A DNA stretch of 64,000 bases from assembly GCA_964551325.1 (NCBI GenBank), contig CAZKBU010000003.1:287672-351671 (forward strand). Direction: 5' to 3'. This document shows positions 8,940 through 17,933 of the stretch, one piece after another (within the stretch, counting starts at the first letter, position 1; each line of letters begins with the position of its first letter). The notes under the pieces are model-generated. The model was not told the origin of the DNA and searched no databases. It saw only the letters and a program-made list of their open reading frames with translations. Origin of the DNA: an uncultured Bdellovibrionales bacterium. Its GTDB lineage: Bacteria; Bdellovibrionota; UBA1018; CAIPTA01. Made by a program: the position numbers and the translations under genes.

Positions 8940-9854
8940 ATGTCGGAAAACCTCACCCGTAAGCCGAAGCCTGAGTGGCTCAAAGTGCGCGCCCCCGGTG
9001 GGGAAAACTTTCTCAGAATCAAAGAGTTGATGCGCGAGCGACGACTCGCCACCGTTTGCGAAGAGGCCCGGTGTCCCAACATGGGAGAATGCTGGGGCGG
9101 TGGCACGGCTACGATCATGGTGATGGGCGACACCTGCACCCGGGGATGCCGTTTTTGCAACGTGAAGACCGCAAAATTTCCGGGCGCGCTGGATCCGGAC
9201 GAGCCAACGAACGTGGCCCGTCAACTGAAGGACATGGGGTTGGAATACGTGGTGATCACCACGGTGGACCGTGATGATTTGCCGGATCAAGGCGCGAATC
9301 ACTTTCGCCGAATCATCGAAGAAGTAAAAAAAGAGAATCCCCACCTTCGCGTGGAAACCCTGGCGGGAGATTTCCAGGGCAGAGAGGATCTGCTTTCCGT
9401 GTTTTTGGCCTGTGACGGACTCGATGTTTTTGCTCACAACATTGAAACCGTCGAACGGCTCACTCCGAAGGTGCGTGATCGACGGGCCGGCTATCGTCAG
9501 TCTCTTGAAGTGCTGGAGCGCGCCAAGCGGATGAAGCCGAACCTGATGACCAAGAGCTCCATCATGGTGGGACTGGGCGAGACGCCCGACGAGGTCATCT
9601 CCGCCATGAAGCACCTGCGAGAGGTGGAGGTAGACATCTTCACCTTGGGCCAATACCTCCAGCCCACTCAGCGTCACCTTCCGGTCACGGAGTTCATCAC
9701 GCCGGCACAGTTCGAAGAATACCGAAGAATCGGGATGGATCTCGGTTTCCGCTATGTAGCCAGCGGACCCCTCGTGCGAAGCTCTTATCGTGCCGGAGAA
9801 TTTTACATCAAAGCCTTGCTCGATGAGCGGGCCAGAAATCAGGAGACGAAGTAA
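8940..9854 (+). CDS. lipA: lipoyl synthase (radical SAM)
   Basis: 304 aa; CEEARCPNMGEC and CTRGCRFCNV cysteine clusters typical of LipA. Confidence 0.9.
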   Translation: MSENLTRKPKPEWLKVRAPGGENFLRIKELMRERRLATVCEEARCPNMGECWGGGTATIMVMGDTCTRGCRFCNVKTAKFPGALDPDEPTNVARQLKDMGLEYVVITTVDRDDLPDQGANHFRRIIEEVKKENPHLRVETLAGDFQGREDLLSVFLACDGLDVFAHNIETVERLTPKVRDRRAGYRQSLEVLERAKRMKPNLMTKSSIMVGLGETPDEVISAMKHLREVEVDIFTLGQYLQPTQRHLPVTEFITPAQFEEYRRIGMDLGFRYVASGPLVRSSYRAGEFYIKALLDERARNQETK

Positions 9855-11071
9855 TGGACCTCAAGCTTCCCGACCTCGGCGAAGGTGTACTCGAAGGTGA
9901 AATCGTAAAGTGGATGGTGAAGGCCGGCGACCAGGTGAAAGAAGACCAGGTTGTTGTGGAGGTCATGACCGACAAGGCCACGATGGAAATCCCCTCGAAA
10001 GGCAGCGGCGTGGTGGAGGCTCTTACCGCAAAAGAGGGCGAGATCGTAAAGGTCGGTCAGACCATCATGAAGCTGGTGGGCGGAGCTGGAGTACAGGCTC
10101 CTAAGGAAGCTCCTAAGGAGGCCCCCAAGACCGCTCCCGTAGCGGCGCCGAAGGCTGCTCCTGTTGCCGTTAATAGCAATGCGGATGTAGCCGCCTCTCC
10201 GGCCGTGCGAAAGCTCGCTCGTGAGGCCGGCGTAAATCTCGCTTCGCTTCGGGGCACGGGACCCAACGGCCGCATTCTTTTGGAAGACGTACAGCGAGGA
10301 CCGGGCTCCAGCGGCGGATCTCGCAATCGAGGTGTACGCGGTCAGCGCACCGAAGAGCGCGTTCCGGTTCGGGGCATGCGCCGAAAGATCATCGAGAAGA
10401 TGGCGCAGTCGAAGCGCACTGCCGCCCACTTCACCTATGTGGAAGAATGCGACATGACGGAGCTCAATGAGTTTCGTCAGAAGCTGAAGGGGGCCGCGGA
10501 AAAGCAAGGCACGAAGATCACCTTCATGCCGTTCATCGCGAAGGCTGCCTGCATTGCCCTCAAGGAGTTCCCGGAGCTGAACGCCCAGCTGATCGAAGAG
10601 AACGGCCAACCCACGGAGATCGTTTACAAGAAATACTACAACCTTGGCGTTGCCGTGGACACGGAAGAAGGTCTCACCGTACCGGTTCTTAAGGACGCCG
10701 ACTGTAAAGGCATCTGGGAGATTTCCCGTGAGATTTCTGATCTCGCCCAAAGAGCTCGCGATAAGAAACTCACGCCGGCTGATTTTCAGGAAGGCACCTT
10801 CACGATTACCAACGCGGGAAATATCGGCGGCCTGCTCGCCACTCCGGTGATCAACTATCCGGAAGTAGCCATCATGGGTGTGCACCAGATGAAAAAGCGC
10901 CCCGTGGTGATCGGCAACGAAATCAAGATTCGCGACATTATGTATCTCTCCGTATCGCTCGACCACCGCGTGGTCGATGGTGCAGTGGCCGCACGGTTCA
11001 TGAATCGAGTGGTCGGCCTCCTTCAGGATCCGAAAGTGATGCTGATGGAACTTTTGGGCGCTGATTTTTAA
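9854..11071 (+). CDS. dihydrolipoamide acyltransferase E2 (single lipoyl domain, AP-rich linker, catalytic domain)
   Basis: ATG overlaps the lipA stop (TAATG); lipoyl-lysine motif EVMTDKATMEIPS; APKEAPKEAPK linker; DHRVVDG catalytic His motif near the C-terminus. Confidence 0.9.
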   Translation: MDLKLPDLGEGVLEGEIVKWMVKAGDQVKEDQVVVEVMTDKATMEIPSKGSGVVEALTAKEGEIVKVGQTIMKLVGGAGVQAPKEAPKEAPKTAPVAAPKAAPVAVNSNADVAASPAVRKLAREAGVNLASLRGTGPNGRILLEDVQRGPGSSGGSRNRGVRGQRTEERVPVRGMRRKIIEKMAQSKRTAAHFTYVEECDMTELNEFRQKLKGAAEKQGTKITFMPFIAKAACIALKEFPELNAQLIEENGQPTEIVYKKYYNLGVAVDTEEGLTVPVLKDADCKGIWEISREISDLAQRARDKKLTPADFQEGTFTITNAGNIGGLLATPVINYPEVAIMGVHQMKKRPVVIGNEIKIRDIMYLSVSLDHRVVDGAVAARFMNRVVGLLQDPKVMLMELLGADF

Positions 11072-11083
11072 AAGGGAAGACAA

Positions 11084-12496
11084 GTGGAAACGAAGAAGTT
11101 TGATGCAGTAGTGATCGGTGCCGGACCCGGCGGTTATGTTTGTGCGATTCGCCTGGCTCAGTTAGGGAAGAAAACGGCGATCATCGAGCGCGATAATGTG
11201 GGCGGAGTGTGTCTCAACGTAGGCTGTATTCCCTCGAAGGCGCTGATCAAAGCCTCCACTATGTTTGAGAAAATGCAGAAGGCCTCCGACATGGGGTTTC
11301 AAGTCAAGGGCGTCGACGTCAACTTCGGCGCGCTCCAGGAGTGGAAACACGGAGTGGTCACGAAGCTCACCGGCGGAGTAGCCCAGCTTCTCAAGGGCAA
11401 CAAAGTGGAGATCATCAAGGGAGATGCGAAGTTCGTGGGCCCCAAGCAGATCGAAGTGACTTCGGGACCTGCAAAGATGGCCGTGCAGGCCGACCACATC
11501 GTGATCGCCGTGGGTTCCTCTCCGATCGAAATTCCCGGATTCAAGTTTGATGAGAAAAAGATTTTGTCCTCTACAGGCGCGCTCGCGATCGATAAACCCC
11601 TGAAGAGTGCCGTGGTGGTGGGAGCGGGCTACATCGGCCTGGAGCTCGGCACCTATCTTGCGAAGTTCGGCACCCAGGTGACCCTGATCGAGCAAGCGGA
11701 TCGCCTCCTTCCCGGTTATGACCCGGACGTAAGCCAGGTCATAACCCGCGGCCTCAAGAAGCGTAACGTGAATATCCTCACCAAGGCTTCCGCTAAGGGT
11801 GTGAAGGAAAAAGGTTCCGGCATGGTGGTGGAAGTGGAGGTCGACGGAAAACTCCAGCAGATCGAAGCAGAGAAGGTGCTGGTAACCGTAGGCCGTCGTC
11901 CGAACTCTATGCCGGGGATCGAAAAGGCGGGCATAAAAGTGGATCCGAAGGGATTCATCTCGGTAAACGACAAGCTGCAGACCAACGTTCCCGGCATTTA
12001 CGCCATCGGTGACGTGGCTGGTCAGCCGATGCTTGCCCACAAAGCTTCCAAAGAAGCGCTTGTGGTGGCGGAGGTGATCGCCGGTAAAAAGGGCGCGAAA
12101 TACGACGTTAAGGCCATGCCCGCGGTGATTTTCTGTGAGCCGGAAGTCAGCTCTGTGGGGCTCAACGAAACAGAAGCGAAGGCCAAGGGCATTACCCCCA
12201 TGGTGGGCTCCTTTCCGTTCGGCGCACTCGGCAAGGCGATTGCCTCCGGCGATACGGACGGCTTTGCAAAACTTATCGGCGACAAGAAGACCGGTCGACT
12301 GATCGGGGCCGTGATCGTGGGCGCCGAGTCGAGCTCGATGATTGCGGAGATGGCGCTCGCCATTGAAGCGGGCTTGCAGGTGGAAGACGTTGCCCTTACC
12401 GTGCACGCGCATCCTACGATGGGCGAGGCCACGATGGAGGCTGCGGAAGTGGCTCTCGGACACGCCGTGCACATTCTCCAGAAGGGCGTGCACTGA
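11084..12496 (+). CDS. lpd: dihydrolipoyl dehydrogenase E3
   Basis: GTG start; 470 aa; GAGPGG FAD motif and redox-active GGVCLNVGCIPSK disulfide motif. Confidence 0.9.
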   Translation: METKKFDAVVIGAGPGGYVCAIRLAQLGKKTAIIERDNVGGVCLNVGCIPSKALIKASTMFEKMQKASDMGFQVKGVDVNFGALQEWKHGVVTKLTGGVAQLLKGNKVEIIKGDAKFVGPKQIEVTSGPAKMAVQADHIVIAVGSSPIEIPGFKFDEKKILSSTGALAIDKPLKSAVVVGAGYIGLELGTYLAKFGTQVTLIEQADRLLPGYDPDVSQVITRGLKKRNVNILTKASAKGVKEKGSGMVVEVEVDGKLQQIEAEKVLVTVGRRPNSMPGIEKAGIKVDPKGFISVNDKLQTNVPGIYAIGDVAGQPMLAHKASKEALVVAEVIAGKKGAKYDVKAMPAVIFCEPEVSSVGLNETEAKAKGITPMVGSFPFGALGKAIASGDTDGFAKLIGDKKTGRLIGAVIVGAESSSMIAEMALAIEAGLQVEDVALTVHAHPTMGEATMEAAEVALGHAVHILQKGVH

Positions 12497-12498
12497 GC

Positions 12499-13149
12499 GT
12501 GGAGCGGATCCGAAACCTCGGCCGAGTTTCCTACGCGGAGGCGTGGGAGATTCAGCGCGAGCTTTTGGAGAAGCGGGCGCTCGGCGAGATCCCCGACACG
12601 CTTTTGATTCTTGAGCACCCCCATGTGATCACTCTCGGTAGAAAAACGCCTGGTGTAAGAGAGCTCGAAGAAAGCGGACAGAAGGAATGGCAGGGTGTGC
12701 CGCTCTACTTTGTAGAGCGAGGCGGAGAGGCCACTTATCACGGGCCAGGACAGATCGTGATGTATCCCATTTTTGAGCTCAGCGGGTCCTTTGGTCCTAA
12801 ACAATTTCTACGATTGATGGAACTCGCGATGGTGGAGCTGCTCAAAGAGTTTTCGATTGAGGCGTGGGCCTTGGAAGGGAAAACCGGGGTGTGGCTGAAG
12901 GACGCCCTCGGACGGGAGCGAAAAATCGCCTCGTTAGGGATCGCCGTGCGGAAGAATGTCAGCTGGCACGGGCTTGCCTTCAACGTAAATACGGACCTCT
13001 CCTATTTTAGAAAAATTTCTCCCTGTGGATTTTCTCCGGAGGTGATGACTTCGCTCGAAGAGCTTACGGGGCGGGCTGTTGATCAGAGCGCCACGGCCAC
13101 CCGTCTTGCCCAACTGCTTTTGGACCGCTTTCAAAGGGAGCGTAAGTGA
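12499..13149 (+). CDS. lipB: octanoyl-(ACP):protein N-octanoyltransferase
   Basis: GTG start; 216 aa; HPHVITLGRK and GxxxYHGPGQ motifs characteristic of LipB. Confidence 0.8.
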   Translation: MERIRNLGRVSYAEAWEIQRELLEKRALGEIPDTLLILEHPHVITLGRKTPGVRELEESGQKEWQGVPLYFVERGGEATYHGPGQIVMYPIFELSGSFGPKQFLRLMELAMVELLKEFSIEAWALEGKTGVWLKDALGRERKIASLGIAVRKNVSWHGLAFNVNTDLSYFRKISPCGFSPEVMTSLEELTGRAVDQSATATRLAQLLLDRFQRERK

Positions 13150-13847
13150 AATTTCCCGGGCCTCTTGTGGAGGCAAAATTTCTGCGAAGGGAAAAAAGAT
13201 TTTTTGCCTACTGTGAGGCGTCGGATGGCGCGGAGCTAGTGGCCCACTGCCCTAACCCGGGCTCCATGAAGGGTAATCGCGAGCCAGGAAGCCGAATGTG
13301 GCTCCTCGACTTTGGTTCAAGTCATCCGGGGAGGAAACTGCGTTACAAGTGGGTTTATGTCGAGAGCCAGGGCGTGAGAGTTTGTGTCGACACGAGTGTT
13401 GCCAACTCCGTGGTGGAAGAGGCTCTCCGGGAGGGCCGGGTTTCGGAAGTCAGTGACTGGCGCGAGGTGAAACCGGAAGCCACCGTGGGAGAGTCGAGAT
13501 TCGACTTTCTCTTGTCTGGTCCCGGACTTCCCGATTGTTTTCTTGAAGTGAAGAGCGTGTCGATGGGGGAAGGGAAGCAGGGTGCTTTCCCCGACTCCGT
13601 AACGGAGCGCGGACAGAAGCATCTCAGGCACCTCATGGATCTTCGCCGGACGGGAAAGCGAGCGATTCTATTCTTTTTGCTCATGCGTGAGGGAGGGAAG
13701 GAAGTGCGACCGGCGGGGGAAATCGATCCGGAATACGAGCGACTCCTGCGAGAGGCCGTAGAGACTGGAGTGGAAGTGCTAGTCTACGGCACACGCTTCG
13801 ACGCTCAAGGGATTTCTCTCGGAGAAAAAGGTACACTGGTGCTCTGA
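13146..13847 (+). CDS. sfsA: sugar fermentation stimulation protein SfsA family
   Basis: GTG start overlapping the lipB stop; 233-aa SfsA-like sequence (AHCPNPGSM, LEVKSV). Confidence 0.65.
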   Translation: MKFPGPLVEAKFLRREKRFFAYCEASDGAELVAHCPNPGSMKGNREPGSRMWLLDFGSSHPGRKLRYKWVYVESQGVRVCVDTSVANSVVEEALREGRVSEVSDWREVKPEATVGESRFDFLLSGPGLPDCFLEVKSVSMGEGKQGAFPDSVTERGQKHLRHLMDLRRTGKRAILFFLLMREGGKEVRPAGEIDPEYERLLREAVETGVEVLVYGTRFDAQGISLGEKGTLVL

Positions 13848-14806
13848 TGAATGCTTTGGCCAAAGAATTTTTGCCCCGCCTGGATCGCCTTTTTCACGAA
13901 GTGGTGCAGAAGGATCTGCGGGAGTCGCCGCTGAGAGAGATGCTTGAGTTCCAGTGGAAGAGCGGTGGCAAGAGGCTTCGCCCGCTCTGCGTAGCGATGG
14001 CGGCGGGAGAGGCGCGACATTCTGATCTAGCCCTTCGTTTTGCTCTTGCCGTGGAGATGATCCACAACGCCACTCTCATCCATGACGACATTCAAGACGG
14101 CGACACTCACCGCCGCGGCCAGCCCACGCTATGGAAAAAATACGGCCTCGCGCACGGCATCAATGCAGGTGACGCTCTTTTTTTTCTGCCCCAGGTGATT
14201 CTCGGGGTCGATCCGGGCGCGCTGCCGCTCCTCCGCCTACTGCATCGCTGCACCTTGGCGGTGATCGAAGGCCAGTGCCTAGAGGTGGATCTTCGGGAGC
14301 GGTTCGCTCGCGGAGAAGAGTTTGCCGTGGCCGACTACGAAAAAATGGTGGCCGGAAAAACTTCTGCACTTTTTCGCATGCCGGTAGAGGGCGGGAAGAT
14401 GCTGGCAGGTGAATCGCTGTCTCAGGATGAGGAGAAAGCGCTGGAGGCTCTCGGCCTTGCGTTTCAGATTCAAGACGACATGCTCGATCTCTGGGGCGAA
14501 AAGGGCCGTGACCGGCGGGGGAGCGACATTGCGGAAGGCAAGCTGAGCTACCCTGTGGTGGAGGGCTTGCGACTGTTAGAAGGCCCCGGGCGCCGGGAGT
14601 TCGTGAGAATCGTTACTGCGCCGAGAGAAGAAACCACACAGGCAGAGGTGGAGTGGGTGATCGATGCGTTGGAGCGCTGTGGGGCGAGGGATCATTCTCT
14701 GATTAAATTTCAAGGGCTGTCAGCCTGTCTGAAATCAAACCAGCAGGAGCGCCCTCTTTTTCAAATGATACTTTCATTGGGTAAAGTGAATTTTAGTCGA
14801 AATTAA
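13847..14806 (+). CDS. polyprenyl (geranylgeranyl/farnesyl) diphosphate synthase; last ~35 codons lie in low-GC DNA
   Basis: FARM motif DDIQDGD and second DDMLD motif; the C-terminal tail is encoded by AT-rich sequence continuous with the downstream low-GC island. Confidence 0.8.
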   Translation: MNALAKEFLPRLDRLFHEVVQKDLRESPLREMLEFQWKSGGKRLRPLCVAMAAGEARHSDLALRFALAVEMIHNATLIHDDIQDGDTHRRGQPTLWKKYGLAHGINAGDALFFLPQVILGVDPGALPLLRLLHRCTLAVIEGQCLEVDLRERFARGEEFAVADYEKMVAGKTSALFRMPVEGGKMLAGESLSQDEEKALEALGLAFQIQDDMLDLWGEKGRDRRGSDIAEGKLSYPVVEGLRLLEGPGRREFVRIVTAPREETTQAEVEWVIDALERCGARDHSLIKFQGLSACLKSNQQERPLFQMILSLGKVNFSRN

Positions 14807-14828
14807 ATGTCTAGTGAGCGGTCAAATT

Positions 14829-16496
14829 CTATAAATGCGTTGAACCAGATAAAAATTCATTCCAAATCTCCTTTAGAGCGTGATCCGATCGAATATTTTT
14901 CTTTAACAGGAAGTCATTTCGCCATGCGGGGCCGAATTGCATTAGTGCCTCGTTAAAACTACTGGAGGTTTGGGTGCTTCTAATCATTATGACTGAATTG
15001 CCGTCTGCGTTTTTAGAAAAAAATTCCCCAAGGTATTCATCGAGACTCTCACTTGGAGAGAGTTCAGATTTTTGGTCATGAAAGTAGCAAACATGTGAGT
15101 TGTCTGCGGACCTCCAAAGTCTCGAATTGTGAGCAGCAAGGTTTTGGCCAGTTGGCCCCCAGTAGTAGCTCTGAACATAGTGATTGGAGCACGGAAACAA
15201 CACAAATAGGTGGGGAACACCCCCATCTTTTTTTGCTAATTGGAAGGAAGAGTACAAGTGTGAAAATTGATGTGGAGGGAACGTCCATGTCCCTCCCATG
15301 TTCAACAGCTTAATGGTAAATAAAATTGCCCCAACCACTATCAGTGATAGTCGAATGCGTGACCAGCGCGGATTCGAAACTCTGATGCTGGTAACTAAAA
15401 CTAGAAATACTGCAATTACCCCAAAGAATGGCGTGTGATACCGAGGGCTATACGGATAGGTAGAAAATGTCCTTAGAAAAAAAAACAATGCGAAAACCAC
15501 TGAAATTAAAAAAACAAATCGGGCCACCCGCTCAGAATCGGAAGTTTTTACGGACGACCTCAATGAGACAGCTAAAAGTCCAGATCCCATGAGAACTAGC
15601 CATATCGGCAGGTCCCAGTATCGGAAATAGGAAAGTATGATTGGAATAACTTCAGAGAGAAGGGTTAAGGATTGAACCTTTTCCCATCGAAAACTTACAG
15701 GAGTAGGTAGTCCCATATAGTAGCTGTTCATTGCATAGGAGACGGCCACCAAAGACAGTGAGAGAAAAAAGTAACCCACCCGTGCTCCAGATCGGAGCTG
15801 TTCTCTCGCGATAGCAGATCGCAAAAAGTTATATACCGCTCCTGCTACAACGATAGGGACCGCAAAATAGTGTGTTCCACAAAAAAGAGCTCCAATCAGA
15901 GCCTGCCAGCCTTCGCTCTTGTGCCAAAATACAAAGCTCAAACACCAGATTAGGGATAACAAGGACGTTAAGGAATAGTGTCGTGCCTCTGCAGAGTAGT
16001 ATACCTCACCACCATGTCCTGAAATCCAGGCAGTCAAAAGTAAAGTGCAGATCAATGCAGTGAGACTAGAGTCCCGCCTCGAAAAATGACGCCAGCAAAA
16101 ATATGAAAATACAGAAACAGTGATGCAACTATAGAAGAGAGATGGAGCTCGAAGGGCGAGCTCGGACGTACCAGTGAGTGGGAACCAAAAATACTTTCTA
16201 AGTAGATAGTCCATTGCAGGCTGAATGGATGCCGCGGTCGTGGAAAAGAGCGCAACCAGTCCGTCAAATCCGCTCACATGAACGAGGTCTGCGTTGTGCA
16301 TTAGTTCATCCGACCAGAACTCACGATAGAGTTGTCCAATTCTGGGGCGCAGTGCGATCAAAAAAACGGAAAAAACTGCAAAGAAATATGCGAGTTTTGG
16401 CATTGTCGAGAAAAAAAGGTTAGCAGAAAAAAGTAGGCGAACATTTTGAAACCGAAGGTAAAATAAGACACTTTTCATTAAAACCAATTGTGCCAA
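14829..16496 (-). CDS. polytopic membrane protein, GT-C/ArnT-PMT-like glycosyltransferase (inferred)
   Basis: 555 aa; >10 predicted TM helices plus a C-terminal soluble region; low-GC island; paralogous architecture to 17930..19657 and 58207..60084. Confidence 0.4.
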   Translation of the reverse strand: MAQLVLMKSVLFYLRFQNVRLLFSANLFFSTMPKLAYFFAVFSVFLIALRPRIGQLYREFWSDELMHNADLVHVSGFDGLVALFSTTAASIQPAMDYLLRKYFWFPLTGTSELALRAPSLFYSCITVSVFSYFCWRHFSRRDSSLTALICTLLLTAWISGHGGEVYYSAEARHYSLTSLLSLIWCLSFVFWHKSEGWQALIGALFCGTHYFAVPIVVAGAVYNFLRSAIAREQLRSGARVGYFFLSLSLVAVSYAMNSYYMGLPTPVSFRWEKVQSLTLLSEVIPIILSYFRYWDLPIWLVLMGSGLLAVSLRSSVKTSDSERVARFVFLISVVFALFFFLRTFSTYPYSPRYHTPFFGVIAVFLVLVTSIRVSNPRWSRIRLSLIVVGAILFTIKLLNMGGTWTFPPHQFSHLYSSFQLAKKDGGVPHLFVLFPCSNHYVQSYYWGPTGQNLAAHNSRLWRSADNSHVCYFHDQKSELSPSESLDEYLGEFFSKNADGNSVIMIRSTQTSSSFNEALMQFGPAWRNDFLLKKNIRSDHALKEIWNEFLSGSTHL

Positions 16497-16538
16497 ATGA
16501 GTTTCGTGCTAAGCAATGGGCACAATACCCAAATCATC

Positions 16539-17933
16539 TCAATTTCTACACCGAAGGCTTCGGGACAGCTCCGATTGGGAAAGTATCAGTCTTGAAATAT
16601 TTGATGCGATTACCTCATTTCCCGCCTTTGTCAGGTGGCCGAATGTGCCACCAAAACGATCATAAAAGAACGTCGAGTAATTGCTTATATTAAGGGATTT
16701 CTCAAAGCCCGCCTTGTTTTCTAGTAGCCAAATCTTGTCGCCTTGAAGAATAGGGATCATCTGCCTAATTAGTTCGATGGGGCGGTTCGGATACTGCATG
16801 ACGATCAAATTGATGTTCGCGTCTCGCGTCAACTTCGAGATTGCCCGGTAGTTAGATATACTGGCCGGGATCGACTCAAATATGGGGAGGTCGGGTGGGG
16901 TGCTTCGGGGCGATCGACTATTTTTTGTTGAAAGCAAAAGACCTTGGATTTTTGCATCATGAGGGTAACGTTTCGCTGCTTTAATTAATAACCTCCTGGC
17001 ATCAGCAATACGGGAATGGGAAATCATTAGGTCGGCAAAGAGATGGATATTGTTTGGGGTTGTCTCTAGGTTTTCTAAAATACCATTGAAATCTTTCCAC
17101 CTGGCGTCCAATGCATAGTCGACAGCTAGTTCATAGAGGAACCAATTTTTTTCGCCAGGGTCAATCACTGAATTAAGGGCTAGATTGTGGAGTCGGATGG
17201 ACTCCCTATAGTTCATTTCTGTCCGGTATAGATTGGCGAGACCGAGCAATGCCCATGGATGCTCTGGAAACGCTCTTAGCGCCTTCATGTGAATCTGTTT
17301 TGAGTATTCGTGATCACCCAGATTAGTAAGTGGTTGAGTGACCAGCAGCGCAAAATTCTTGTCGTTTAGCGTTCGTCCTGCGATCATCTCATCAATAATT
17401 TGACTTGGCTTTACTCGTTGTTCTGCCTTCAATCTCCTGTTTTTTAGTTCTAATTTTGCCCAAAGGAAGAGTTTAAAGAGTTTTAAGGGCTTCGGACGAG
17501 ATAGCTCAATCGTTTCGGCGTTTGGAGTTGGTTTGTCGGTGGACGGGGCGGCAAGGGTATCATCGTTTATTCCCATCATCGTAATAATAAGCCGAGGCGC
17601 GAATTGAGAAATTTGAGCAGGGAGAGATTCTAAGATTATGCGGGTGTTTGTACCGGCCACCCCAAGGTTTATTACTTCGATATTTGGATTACACTTTTCA
17701 TTGAGAATTTTTTGCAAAATATTTGGATAGTTCCTGTCAGGATCTATTCCCCCAGATCCCTGAGTGGTTGACTCTCCAATCGCTAAAATTCGAATTGTAT
17801 TCTCGTTTCGATTAAGTGGCTGCTTTTGGAGCGCGAGCAATATACCGGCCGACACTCTTAAAAATAATTCGAGTGAAAGTAGAAACGTGAGCACAAATAG
17901 AGCTGAGTTGATTGCGTATTTTCTTAATCTCAC
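16539..17933 (-). CDS. TM-anchored SGNH/GDSL-family hydrolase with C-terminal TPR repeats
   Basis: N-terminal TM anchor; block I ILAIGESTTQGSGG, block II NLGVAGTN, block III MMGINDD; TPR-like helical repeats at the C-terminus; low GC. Confidence 0.5.
   Translation of the reverse strand: MRLRKYAINSALFVLTFLLSLELFLRVSAGILLALQKQPLNRNENTIRILAIGESTTQGSGGIDPDRNYPNILQKILNEKCNPNIEVINLGVAGTNTRIILESLPAQISQFAPRLIITMMGINDDTLAAPSTDKPTPNAETIELSRPKPLKLFKLFLWAKLELKNRRLKAEQRVKPSQIIDEMIAGRTLNDKNFALLVTQPLTNLGDHEYSKQIHMKALRAFPEHPWALLGLANLYRTEMNYRESIRLHNLALNSVIDPGEKNWFLYELAVDYALDARWKDFNGILENLETTPNNIHLFADLMISHSRIADARRLLIKAAKRYPHDAKIQGLLLSTKNSRSPRSTPPDLPIFESIPASISNYRAISKLTRDANINLIVMQYPNRPIELIRQMIPILQGDKIWLLENKAGFEKSLNISNYSTFFYDRFGGTFGHLTKAGNEVIASNISRLILSQSELSRSLRCRN

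Noticed and set aside
7778-9160. 460-aa minus-strand ORF
   Set aside because: Antisense to the secreted-protein gene 7919..8890 and to lipA; the sequence is Arg/Pro-rich low complexity.
9839-12493. Long minus-strand ORFs (9839..11083, 11162..12493, 12022..12804)
   Set aside because: Antisense to E2, lpd and lipB, which carry unmistakable motifs; shadow ORFs.
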